Notes: generated by a model not told the origin, from the letters alone. Numbered from the whole stretch's first letter, positions 43,921 to 56,283 are shown. The stretch: DNA of 63,528 bases, filler included, from Bigelowiella natans CCMP2755 (GCA_000320545.1; 4 parts of 4 records of this genome joined end to end with filler, not necessarily neighbours in it); one strand, 5' to 3'. Made by a program: numbers and translations.

Positions 43921-46900
43921 GTCTCTTGCCCCTTATTCGTTCCCTCTCTCTCCCCCCCCGCTCTCCTTAGGCATCTCTCCTCTAGCAGCTATCACACACT
44001 GGTACCGGAAGGCCTGGCAGAGCCTCCACGAATTGGAGTCCTCATCGAAGAACTCGAGCTTGAAGTGCTGCACCGAGCGCACCTTCGCGTGGTTCGTGAG
44101 AGCGATTCTGCGAACGGCCACAGGATCTTTGAACTCGAAGGTGTAGCTACCGCTCAAAAAGCTGCCATCCGCGCGGCTCTTGACGTCAGGTATGACCCTC
44201 TTCGCCGCACCGGTGGTGAGCCTGGAGGCGGTGACGTAGCTCGCAAGGGCCTTTTTCTTGGTCTTGCTTGTCGTTGTCGTCGTCGCCGCCGAAGGCATGC
44301 CGTTGGAGAAGAGATCCAGCCTTGCGAGCTTCCAGAGGCTCCTCCGATCGTTGGCCGGGGCCTTCGCGCTCACCCGCCACGCCGTCGACTTGTGCGCGGG
44401 GCCGCCGGAGCAGTTGAATTGGTCGTTGCGCGGCGCGAAGGTGACGCGGTCGCCGTTGTGGTAGAGCGTCACCCCCACCGCGAGCTTGTTGAACTTGATG
44501 AACTGGAACGCCTTGCCCAGGGGGACGCCGTTTTTGTCGTAGGAGATCGTGGAGTTGTCGGTGTCCACGTGCACGGTGATCCGGTCTCCCTGAATGGGCA
44601 GGTTGCCCAGCGACTTGTACTTGTAGCTGTCCGGCGACCGCGCCGTGCCGTATAGGACGGTGGAGTGCGAGCCCCCGCCCATTGAGTAGCCCCAGGAGCT
44701 GTCTCGGTAGCCGAGGTAGGAGTTGCTGGTCTTCTTCCACCGCGTGAACGCCTCGCTGGCGCAGCCGATGAAGATCCACTTGGAGGGCGCCGCGTCGATG
44801 GTGAAGTCGAAGGAGTACTTTCCGGAGTTGCGCGGCATCCACTGGGAGAGCCGGACGGTGTTCCACTGCCCATTGCTGCCCAGCTTCTTCTCGACTGTCA
44901 GCCCCCCATTGCTCAGCGTCACGTGCGGGGCGAGCTCTGATTTGTCAAAAGTAATCATCTGGTCCCCGTCGACGCCGTCACCCAGCCCGCTGCCCCGTCC
45001 GCCCAGCTTTCCGTGGATGGAGGGCAGGATCGGCACCGCGATGGGGACGAGGGGCGCGATGGCGTCGATGAGGCTTTCCACCGACTCCTGAGAGAGCTTC
45101 AGCGTGTTGGGGGACGCCGCTGCTTCGATGCTGCTACTACCGGACATCGAGGCCGCCGTTCCTGATGAGGACGATGACACCGCGGTCAGCACGAGAGGCC
45201 CTCCCAGCGCACCAAGAAAGTTGCGGAGAATCTCCATCGCCTTGTACGTCTGCATGCTGTAGTGGTGCCGCTTGGATGCTTTGCTGTTGCTGCTGCTGCT
45301 GTTGCTGCTGCGGGCATTACTCTTCTTCTCGTCATCATCACTGTTCTTTCCTTCGTTCCTCTGGATCCTACGCCTTCTGAAGGCGGCCTCGTCTTCACAC
45401 AGCCGCACTACGTCCTTGCTCAGGGTGCAGTTGCCTTTTAGAATCTGCTTGCTATATGCGTGGAGAGCGCGCTCGACCGCCTTGGCCGCGAACAGGCTCG
45501 CCTTGGCCTGCTCCTTCGAGCGCGGTTTGAACGCGGAGAGGGTGCGGCGGAGGGAGGGGATCCTGGAGCTTTTATGCGTGACCTTCGACTTGTTCTTAAT
45601 GCCGCATGCATCGAGGGTGTGCTCGTCGTTGAGCTTGCTCCCGTTGAAGTGGAGGTCCATGCACCGCGGCGGCGGCCCAGCGATGATGGGGGATGACGGG
45701 GGGGCGGGCAGGTGCTCGAGAAGCTTCTCCTTGAGGGAGGCGACGCGATCCTTACGGTTCATCCTCACGATGCACAGCTCCCCCGTGTCCAGCGCCACAG
45801 TTACCTCAATGTCGGGTGGGCCGTCCGGCAGGTCCATTTTGTCGAGGTCCTTGAGGACTTTGCTGTACGACGACGCCCACGTCAGCAAGTGACGGTGCAG
45901 CGTGTAAAGCAGCTCGAGCTCCTGGCTAGGGAGGTGGCCGGCCCAGTAGACCGTCTTCTCCAGGTCAAAGAGCGACACCCAGCCGTCGCGCGGAAGCAGG
46001 GTGGAAGGGGAGGAGGACGAGAAGGACGATGGAGGAGAAGCGGCGGTGAGGATGCGGCCCCGAATTATATCGCTGTCCTTCCAGCGCGCCGTCTCTACCA
46101 CGCGAATCTTGGTCAGAGGCTTGAGTCTCGCCACCTCCGCGGAGTCGATTTCGGCAGTGCGCTGGACCGCGAGCTCGATGCCAGGCTTCACGACGTACAT
46201 GCCCGGAGTGAGGCGGCGGAGCGGGATGGGGGAGGCCGAGGGCGCGGCTGAGCCCGCCATCTTATTCTCGGCGGAAGGAGGGCGGCGTTTCAGGCCGGAT
46301 GATGATGGCTGTTGCTGCTGGGACAGCAGAACCTCCTCGTGCAAAGTTCTGATAATGTCGCGGCCCTGATCGATGCATTGGTCCGAGAGGTCTAGCAGTA
46401 ACGCGATGAGGAGTCGGATCTCGGCCTCGAAGCGAGCCTTGTCCTTCTGCACAAGCGCCTCCTCCTCGGGGGACATGCCGAGCTCCTCCCCCGTCGACAT
46501 GCGTAGGCGACGGGGTATCTTGATCGGCTCGGGGATGAGGAGAGTGCAGAGCCGGTCCGTCCGGTAAAGAGCCTCCAAAACCGGCATTCGGATGGCACGT
46601 GTCATCGGGTGTGACTGAAACTTTTCGCCGATCAGAAACCGTACCATCTCCAGCCTGGCGCAGCATTGACAACGTGAGGTGAGTCGTGGGTGTGATAAGA
46701 GGACGACGAGGAGGACGACGAGGAGGACGACTACGACGACGAAAAGAACGGACTCAACCATCTCAATAACGCAGCACTGCACAACCAGACCAGGGAAGCG
46801 GAAGCGCAGAGTTTGGAGAGGAAGAGGGAAGGGGGGGGGGGGGGGGAGGAGGGAGGAAGAGGAGGAGGGGAGAGGGAGGAAGAGGAGGAAGAGGGAACGA

Positions 46901-48148
46901 ACACCAAGCTTGCTCTCCATACCTCTCCAACGTGGTCGGGTAGAAGAGCTCAAAGGCCATTGCGATAGTCCTCGCCGCCTCGTCGTTCAACGGCGCCTTG
47001 GAGTCTGGGTGAGGCTTGACGTCGCCCAGGATGATGCCCGCCAGGATCAAATGCAACCGTTGAAGGAAGTGGAGCCCTCCATCAGCCGCCGCAGCGTTCT
47101 CCTGCTGCTTCTTCTCTTCAGCCTCAGGGAATCGCCAGGGGTGCAGCTTCGGGTCGGAGAACTTACTAGTGCCTGGCGCCGCGTCGCTCAGCTGCAGCCA
47201 CCGCTGGTCGACCCCTGATAGGAGGATCCGATGCAGGTTTGCTCTGATAACGCGCAGCGTGCTTAGCAGCAGAAATGATGCCTTTGTCTCGGCCCCGCCG
47301 CCTCCGCCGCCGCCTGAGCCGGGACTACTACTACTACTACTGCTCCCGCTGCTGCTGCTCCTCCTACTCCTACTGAGGCAATGGCTCGTAGCCTGCGCCA
47401 TCTCCACGAGCTGCTCAAGCATCTCGGGGTCCTTGCCATCTATGCACAGCGGCGCTGAGAGGAGCACGGGCGCGCCGAGGATGGACGGCACTTGTGCTGG
47501 GTAGCTCTGCTGTCCGCACAGCTCCGCGATCGACCGCATGACTGCCACGACGGCGTCGCTCGCCGCCTCGGTCTTCCCGTTGGCGCGCGATATGATGGCG
47601 TGGACGGGCGGGGGCAACCACAGGGGCGCGTAGAGGCGGAGTCCCTGCGACAGCGAGGAGGCGCCATTGCCGCCGTCCATGCTCGACAGCGGTGTGACCA
47701 CCACCTCGCAGTTGATGTTGTAGACCCCGAGCGCCACCATGAGCTTGCCCGGCAGGCCGTCGGCCACCTTGAGCATCTCGCCGCTGTTGATGGCGATCCA
47801 CATCTTGCGCTTATTCATGTCGAGCCGCAGCCGCACCTTGTCCCCGGCGCGGTAGGCTGTAGCGGAGATGTTCAGCGGCGAGGCGTAGTTGATGGCGTTG
47901 CGGGCATAGACCTTGCCAGAGGAGGAAAGCGTGTAGCCGTGCTTGTAGAGGTAGTCGGACCGCCAGTTGAACGGCTTGGTGTCGCTGGGCAGCACGCCGA
48001 TGTCCATTTGCAAATTGGCGCCTTTTGTGATGAGAAACTCCACCTCGAAGCAGCCCGACGACAGCACGGGCGCAAACGCCACCGTCCGGTCAGGATACCT
48101 GCCGATGTGCCATGTATATATAAGTATATTTACATTTTATAAATATGA

Positions 48149-48187
<39 letters not shown>

Positions 48188-48607
48188 CATCACATCTCGC
48201 CACGTACATGCCGGTACAGGTGACGCGGATGCTCTCTCCGTCCCCCTCCTCATTAAACTGGAGATTGCTCGAGGACTTGAGGCTCGGGTCTGGTCGAAAG
48301 GGCTCAAGCCCAGTTTCCTGCCAGCCGACGAGGAGCGGCCTGCTGCCCCCCCCCCCATTGCCGTCACTGCCATGTGCCATATTGAGCCCCGACCCCCCGG
48401 CCTTCCTCTCGGAAAATGGAAAAAAGTGTCCGTTTAAGTAGCATGCTGCGGCGTAACAATTCTTAACGCAAACGAACTGGGGGGGGGGGCACACAGTCCC
48501 GCTGCTGCTGCTCTTCCCCTCCCCTTCCTTTCCGTGCTGCTGCTGCTTCACGTCTCTCCCGTCGTCTGGCTTGTCCCTTTCGTGCACCCACCAATTTTCC
48601 AACATGC
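36063..48607 (-). CDS. Giant multidomain ubiquitin-conjugating enzyme, BIRC6/UBE2Z-like UBC with 3 SPRY, SH3-like, UBL, UBA and SAM domains; 5' end cut by gap
   Basis: C-terminal UBC (TPYGYGLFLFDVYFPPQYP...[21 protein letters not shown]...IQSLI...PYFNEPG) with a BIRC6-like YWAAGTGYG motif. SPRY domains near 47700-48080, 44430-44960 and 43000-43380, UBL near 45580-45810, UBA near 40700-40817 and SAM near 39250-39440. Exons are GC3-rich. One apparent frameshift near 37260. Confidence 0.85.
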
Positions 48608-48739
48608 CTGCGAAGGGGGGGGGGGGGGGGGGGGGAGGGGGGATCTCCGTCACAAAAATAAAAAAATCTTAAAACCCTCTTTTTAGACAAAAGGAGGGGG
48701 GAAATCCCACATTTTCCCATTATATATGGGGGGGGGGGG

Positions 48740-48839
48740 NNNNNNNNNNNNNNNNNNNNNNNNNNNNNNNNNNNNNNNNNNNNTTAATTAATTAANNNNN
48801 NNNNNNNNNNNNNNNNNNNNNNNNNNNNNNNNNNNNNNN
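48740..48839. other. Artificial 100-bp assembly spacer
   Basis: N-run with TTAATTAATTAA. Confidence 0.97.
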
Positions 48840-48840
48840 G

Positions 48841-49254
48841 ATTTTGCGTCTTATCGGCATTGTTGGGGAACGAAGGTACTCTGAGCAAATCAAAGCTCTC
48901 GGCCTTTCTCTCCATGAAATGGCTACGTTGCACAGAGAGGTTGACCCGATCATTATGATGATGATAGCGATGATGATGAGGATGAGGATGATGATGATAA
49001 TGATGCAGGAAATGGTGTAGTGATTAAACGCTAAAGGGAATACGTGATACATATATATAATATCAAGATAAAAAATATATGTATTACTTTTTGCGTGTAT
49101 TGTGTGTGTGTGTGTGTTTCCCCCCCCTTCTCATTTTCCTCCTCCTCCTCCTCCTCCCTCCATAACCATACCGCTTGTCATTTTCTAGGCCAAACGGCAA
49201 AACTGCGAGCAGAAAGAGCAAATCGAGACACTTCGGGAGCAGCTGAAGGTGCCG

Positions 49255-49304
<50 letters not shown>

Positions 49305-50322
49305 CAAAAAGAACAGATAAGAATCCCACAACAACACTACTAAAAACACGTCGACGATGATGACACAAACTTGATCTGTGACATGGCCTTGAAAGCTCAT
49401 CATTTATCTCAGTTTTAATCTACACATCGTCGTGAGCTTCATCATCATTATCATCATCATTATCATCATCATTATCATCATCATTATCATCATCATTATC
49501 ATCATCATCATCATCATCACAATCATCATGCATATCACATCATCACACACATAACCGCCACCAGGTCGCAAAAGCCACCAATCGGAAGCTCACCAAGGAC
49601 TTCGTCATGCAGATGCGGAAAGCGACAGAGATGTAACGACCACAAACGAAAATGCACACGCTAACTATATATGTATACACATTTATTAACATATATTATT
49701 ATGATATAACACTCCCCTCCGCCCGGCTGCCTTATATAATACGCAGATCGGAAGCTTTTTCATCGACACCGGTCCGACATGCGGAGACGCTGGGTACTGT
49801 TATCACTACTTTCACCGATACACAAACTACCCACTCATTGAAAAGACTCTCGGAGAATCGATTTTAGTATTTAAAAGAATAAATGAATAACACGCGACGC
49901 AACCTATGATGATTTTGGCAAAGAAAGAAAATATGCAACCAGTCACGCAACGATTCGTTGTTGCTCCTGTGAAGGGATTTTCAACTATTTTTTTGTGGTC
50001 CTGCTGTCGCTATCGGTGGAGGGAATCGAAAATTGCACGCGTTCTTCGGTTTACGGAACTGCTATTCAAGCTGTCCGTGGACAGCGGCATCACTAGATCA
50101 GCAACTTAGTGTGATATTTTGCTTGAGTCTTCGATGACTACTTTGTCATTTCGAAATCTAAGGATGTCCCTCGTTCTTTCCTATCCATTTCTCTTCTTTG
50201 TAGAAACGTTTCCTCACTGCTCCCCCACCCCTCCTTCCCTGTCTTCTCATATGCATTTTTCAGCTGCCGCCCTGATGTCTCCAAAGGATCCATCTCTCCA
50301 ACGACGCCTTGATGACGAGTAG
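48841..50322 (+). CDS. 3' exons of an unidentified coiled-coil protein gene
   Basis: AG/GT-bounded segments ILRLIGIVGERRYSEQIKALGLSLHEMATLHRE, AKRQNCEQKEQIETLREQLK, VAKATNRKLTKDFVMQMRKATE and a terminal AALMSPKDPSLQRRLDDE*. Confidence 0.35.
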
Positions 50323-51276
50323 ATAGAGCTCGATTCGAAATTACAACATCGTCTGTACATCTAGACAGATAATATCACAGGGAGCATGTCATCATGCTAG
50401 CTAGCTAGGCTCTCGTACTCTCATGTCACACACGCTGGCTAGCTAGCTAGCTCTAGAGCTAGCTAGCATGCGATGCCTGCTCATCAATGCGTATTGGCTT
50501 TGTTCAAGAATGACAAGTAATGACATGTGCAGCTAGCTAGAGCACGTGAGTCGCATAATTCGCATAATTCGCGCGCACACATCTAGACATCTAAACTTGC
50601 TCTAGCTAGCTAGCAGCGCGTACTGTCTCTGTCTAGCTAGCTAGCCATCATGCATCGATCATTTAGCTGTTAGCTGCTAGCTAGACAAGCAGCAGCAATC
50701 CATGCTAGCTAGTTAGCTAGCTATCTAGCTATCTAGCTGTGCGCTATAGCGCACGTCTTGACGCATCAAGCCTGTACACGTGGCATCTCTAGCTAGGTAG
50801 CTGCTACAGATCTAGACGACTACATGCATGCTGGCATGCGCACTCATGGCTAGCTTGGTTGTCCACTTTGGAGGCAAAAATTGTCACGATCGACGCAAAA
50901 TGTGATGCTTGAGAGCGCTGTCAAAAGCCAAAGTTGCGATTGCGCGAACTGACATGGCGGGGAAAAATCGCGAACGCAGCGCAGCATGAGAATGAACACG
51001 TGCAAATGGGTCAGCGAATCAAACATGTGCATGGCAGATGCGAGAGCAAACGGAGGCAAGTCAGCAAATTGCAAAATGAAGCGCGTTTTGAAATGCATCA
51101 AAGAAAAATTATGTGTGTAAATGTTGCATTGAATGAATTTACATTGAAAAATACATGCAGTTGAGATTGAAATGAGGTGGCCAAAAAAGGATGAACAGAC
51201 CACAGATGGAGCTTTTTCTCATCAGGAAAGCGATGAGACACATGGAAATGGGTCAATTTTTTTTTTTTTTTTTTGT

Positions 51277-54151
51277 CTAAAGTTTTGCTGCCGCGTGAGC
51301 AATCTGTTCGTACGCGTTTTTGCAGTCTTCAGAACAGAATCGCAACTTGAACTTGATGCTCTTGTGGGCCAAGCAATCCTTGTGGCCGACCTCGTCGCAT
51401 TCAGCACATCGCCCAAGCTCGTTGGGCAAAACGGGCCTCTTGCAAAAGCCACACTGCGGAGGATCGGACGTGCGGCGCTTCATGGACTTGCCCACAGTCT
51501 TGGCGGTCTTGGCCTTCTTCGCAGGAGACACTCTGGCACGCAAAGTGTGAGGGCGTTTCTCACCTGAGAAATGCATGGGTTACGAACATACCAGCATGTA
51601 AGTAACAATCAAAATGAGTTGTGCACCTTTGCCTTTGGCTGCACTGACACTTTTCTTGACGACATCAACAAGAGATGTTTCTTCGTCGTCGGATCCACCA
51701 GCGAGCTTCTTCCCCTCCATGCGGCCAAGGTCATGCCAGTGCTTTCCAAAACTTTGAAGGGCACTGCACTTGGTCAAGATGGAATTGAACTTGGTCTCGA
51801 ACAGCGCTTTTTGAGAAGATGGATCCTCAGTTGTGGTCATCGAGTGGACTTTGGCCTTGGTGCGGTTGGTGATCTCCTGGTGGCGGTTCAACTGAATGCA
51901 GTTGTGTGTGAAGTGCAACAGTGCACACGCGTCGAACCCTTGCCCACCATGGGCAATGAGGACAGCAGATCTTTCCTCATGCAAAGTGAGGCACAGATGT
52001 TCCATCACATCGCCTTTTCTGTCCACCGCGAAAAGCTTGCCGTCCACGGTGATGGACTTTGGACTCGAAGTGACGATGAGGTTTTCGCGCTTCCCAAAGT
52101 CCACTTGCGCGCAAGACCCGTTCTTCGCGATGATGTGTGCGTCAATCATCGGAGCGAAAGAGGTCTTGGGCTTTTGTGGACGTCGATCGTGCTCGCATGC
52201 ATGGAGCACGTCGACGTCGTCATGCCCACACTTGTTGATGAGCTCACTGAAAGAGTCAGAGTTTTCAGGGAGACACCGAATGGTGAGGGTGAAGTCGCCA
52301 GTGACATGGCGATCAAAATCCAGCTGTTTGCCAGCATGGATCTTGTTGACGTAGATGTTGAGTTGCTTGTCGTCGAAAGACTGCCCGATGTCGAAAGCTC
52401 CAACAAGAGTGTCAACAAAGACGTGATCTGACAAAAAAGCACAGTGTCACGAAAATGCTGGCACATTCGCAACTGTGAAAAAAAGTGCACACTTGTTGAT
52501 TTGCCCTTGTTTTGCATGACGATCCCTAGTTTCTTGACGACGACTCCGGTGACGATGTTGAGCTCGATCGCATCTTCCTTGAGTTGAATTCTTTCTGCAT
52601 CCTCCATCGCACGTGTTGCCTTGCATTGATCAACACAATTCTGGAAACTGTTCAATGCAACCTCTGGAATGACTCGCTTGTTCTTCTCTGGAGCCATCTT
52701 GTTTTTGACAAGGTGGAACTGGATTGCGAAACTGAGCCACTTGTCGTTCTTGGGAACTTGAAACTTCTCGTGTGATGCCTCCCATGATGACACGTCATGT
52801 TTCTTCATGAAAAGACTTGTGAGGTGTTTGGACCCTGAAACACAGATGACGTCAGAACTGAGGCCACAGTGACACAAACAAAAAAGATGACTCACATTGT
52901 TTCTTTTGTGGACTGACGATCATTTGCTTGATGGTGTGATCTTTGAGGCTCATGACTTTCTTGATCTCTGTCGTGCAATCTTTCTCGTCCATTCCGCGAA
53001 CCTTGCTGATCCATTTGAAGTCCTTGGGTGCGTCATGCACATCGTTGGGTCCTGGGTTGCAAAATTTCTCCAAAAGGTTCCAGCTGTGTTCGCTCCACTG
53101 TGCGAGTCCAACCACCAAGTTGAGGCAGGTCGCACCGCAACCACCTTTGGAATGCGAGCTGGTGAGCTCTTTCCAGTCCCCAATGTGTTCTTTGGTGAAC
53201 CTAGTCGGACCCAACCTGGCATCAAATGCCTTGGCTTCCAGGTAGCTAGTCTTCATTTCGGCGATGGCATCCCACACTGCAGACTTGATGCTGATTTTGT
53301 CAGCTTCATTGACAAGATGACCATGTTTGCGGATCATCTTGTTGTCCTCTGGGTCATCTGTGCAGAAAACGTTGCAAGTGACTTTGCGATGACGTTTGGA
53401 ATTGCAGATTGCCAGCAGTTCTTGCAGTGCGACGCGGCGGTGATTCCCATCGATCACTTCCGCCCAGATGCCATCTTGAACTTGGAGTGTGTTCTCCGAC
53501 ACGAATTGCTTGAGTTCCACCCGTGAACGTTTGAGAGAAGTTTGCTTCTCTTTGCACACGGGCGCAGAAGGGCGAACAAGTGCGCCAAGCACAATGTGAA
53601 CAGACCGGTTCCTCATCATTGAATCTCGAATCTTGCGCACTTCCCCTTGCCTCAGTTTCCGAGAAGCTGTCTTCCCACGTTCCGGACCGACAAGCTGGTC
53701 CAGCTTCAGCTCGCATGTCCCCAGAAAGATCTTGTCAACAAATGCCTCCATTTCTGCTCCGAGCTTGACTTTGGCATTGTCTCCTTCCTTCACATTTTTT
53801 TCGCACTCTGAACCAAAAGACAGTCAACGTTGTTTCGCACGAAAGTGAAAAAACCAAAAGACCTTCAATGGTGATTCCTTCTGGAAGATCACCCTGGAGG
53901 TTCAAGTCTGATTGACTTGGCGCATCTTTGCCCGGAGTTGTCTTGTCCTTCGTCTTTGGCACAGATGATGACGACTGTTCAAAGAATGATTTTGATGTCA
54001 CGAATGCACCAGTGTGTTCGTCACCATGTTTCAATTGATGAAATTGCACTGCCGATTCTGGTTGGTCTTGAGATGCAAGTTCCTGGCGGAGTTTCTTCAA
54101 ATTCTTCAGGTGTTTCTTGAATTCCTTTGCAACATCTGACAACAGTGACAT
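51277..54151 (-). pseudogene. 5-exon ParB/Srx - N6A/N4C methyltransferase-like - PHD-like zinc finger gene (876 aa), TpA-hypermutated but frame-intact
   Basis: Exons 54151-53863, 53807-52896, 52834-52493, 52427-51627 and 51563-51277 join through four phase-1 GT-AG introns into one open frame. It has the ParB motif EVIDGNHRRVAL, a SAM-binding-like VMEHL...VLIAHGGQGFDACALLHFTHNCIQLN, and C-terminal CGFC...CAEC...HKDC...FCSEDC. Only 3 Tyr in 876 aa. Confidence 0.7.
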
Positions 54152-54186
54152 TCAAGAATTCTGTTTCAAAACAAGCGAAGATGCTG

Positions 54187-54822
54187 TCAAATGCCTTGTT
54201 TTGATTTGTGTTGAGACATCTTGGCGTGTTCATTGGATCTTGCACTTGCAATGGCGCTGTTTTCAACCCATTTGTCAAGTTCAAGACCCAATGTTTCCCT
54301 CCCAGCATCCGGGGAAAACACCGACGCGGTGAGCGCATTCAGCACTTTCTGGTTCGCGACTTGGCGGCGCTCGGTGTTCTTCAGCGCGTGCACGTCATGC
54401 TTTTTCCATTGGGCCCGCTTGCCTGCTTCGACGGGCTGTTGGACGTGCAGCTGCCAATGGTTGTTCGGATCTGTCATGCGAGAGAAGCACCAGACAGAAT
54501 CCAAAACAGTGCATTTTCCTAGAAGGTGACACAAACACGGCATGGTCAGTGATGTGAACAATGTGAGCTGCGAGTTCCAATTGAAAGTGCAAGTCTGTCA
54601 CCCGAACCCCGTCTCACGTTCTGAACACTTCCCAAAATTGAACCCCTCACATTCACAGTCGAGCTTGCCGTGTCCTTGCTTTGGCACAATGAGGTTCGTG
54701 AGTGAGCGTAGTTGGGCGTGCACAATCGAATGTTTCCGAAATGTGCTGCGGAGCACGTGATGCTCTGGAGCACCCTCTTGCAAGGCGCCAAATGAGTGAT
54801 CTCCTCTTGCATTTGTGATCAC
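54187..54822 (-). pseudogene. Degenerate coding-like sequence upstream of the ParB gene, same strand
   Basis: Protein-like Tyr-free ORFs 54187-54561 and 54598-54822 inside the TpA-void domain; no family recognised. Confidence 0.3.
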
Positions 54823-55670
54823 GGTGAAATTGCGAAAAACGTCACGAACGAAAAATTGAAGTTTTTAAACATTAATTTTTCGGCTCGTACTCGTAGCTTC
54901 TTCATTGACCCAATTTGCAAAAAGCACTTTGTTGTCATTTTGAGCAATGTGCAATTGAACATGCAACTTCAAGATCCACATTCAACTCAACATCTCATTT
55001 CAATTCACAATGCAAAAATGATGTTCAAGAAATTGTGTCACGAATGCACTGGCATGTTCGTAACTCATGACACATGTTTGTGATCAGTGGAAAGAATGAA
55101 CGTCGTCAGTCAAGGTTCACATGGAAAGGATTCAGGACAAGATTGGTCGAACTAGAGAAGAGTTTGATGAAATCCAAATCGGATGACATTTGTTTGGATG
55201 TTTTTCAAGTCGGAAGGAGATTGTTCCCAACTGAAGGTGTGCTTCACAACGTTTGCAACAAACGAACGACATTGCAATTGTCAAACAGGTTTCTTTGGCT
55301 TCGAGTTGTTCGAGATTTTCTGCACCCACTTCGTGTCGAAGACAGAACATGACACATTTGGGGATTTGTCTCATTGTTCACAATTGAAATGTGCATTGAA
55401 TCAAAAGAATCTCAACACGTGCATTCGACACTTTGTTTCAATGGGTCTCCTGGCTCTCAGTGTGGAGCATGAGCGGTTGCAATCCAAGTGGAAACACTTG
55501 TTGATGTCATTGCGGTTCAGAGTTTTAGCGGGCTTGCGGTAGCTGCTTAGCTTTTGTGCGCGGGACTGTGCTGATGTCACTGAGTGTCAACACGCGGTCC
55601 TGTGTGCGTTTGAATTGTGTTGATGACTTGTGACTTGCGCTGCATGCATGTGCGCATTGGGTTCCGGCGC

Positions 55671-55844
55671 ATTCGCGAAGATTCTCGAATCTTCCAGAAT
55701 TCTCTCGAATTCTCTGGAAGATTCTCGAAGCTTCCGGAATGCTCTCGAAGATTCTGGAAGATTCTCGAATCTTCCGGAATGTTCTCGAAGCTTCTGGAAG
55801 ATTCTCGAAGCTTCTCGAAGATTCCCGAAGTTCTGAGAACTTCC
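55671..55844. promoter_or_regulatory. Array of heat-shock-element-like 10-bp units (GAAnnTTCnn x ~15)
   Basis: GAA recurs every 10 bp from 55677. 12 of 15 units are perfect GAAnnTTC, the alternating nGAAn consensus bound by HSF. Function is inferred. Confidence 0.65.
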
Positions 55845-56283
55845 ATGCGCATGTGCGCAGCGCAGCGTGCAGCACGAGTGGACGTGCGCATGCTGCGACA
55901 GCTCCTTGATCGTGGGTGGCGCGGCCAGACCGCTGACACGCCCCCATGGACGTGGTGACCACGATCAGAGTGCTGATGTGCACGTGCCATTTCTGCCATG
56001 GTGACAGAACTTTTGCACGGTGCTGCACATGGACGCCATTCCCAAAGGTTTCGGAGTCCGAATGGTTGGCAAAATTTTGCCGACCAAACATCGCACCACC
56101 AGACGCCTGAAACTCTGTGCAGAGGCACAAAATTCCCAGGCTTGCAACTGGGCAAGGTGCCATGGGCATGGTGCACTCCGAAATCGGCAGGAAAAATTCT
56201 TGCCTGACTGGGCAAGGTGCCACCATTTCGGTACGAACTGGGACTTGTCCAAAAAATTAATTTTTTAAACGACACCAGTGTGC

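Noticed and set aside
55671-55844. CRISPR-like array
   Set aside because: 10-bp contiguous units with no unique spacers, no cas genes, and a eukaryotic context.
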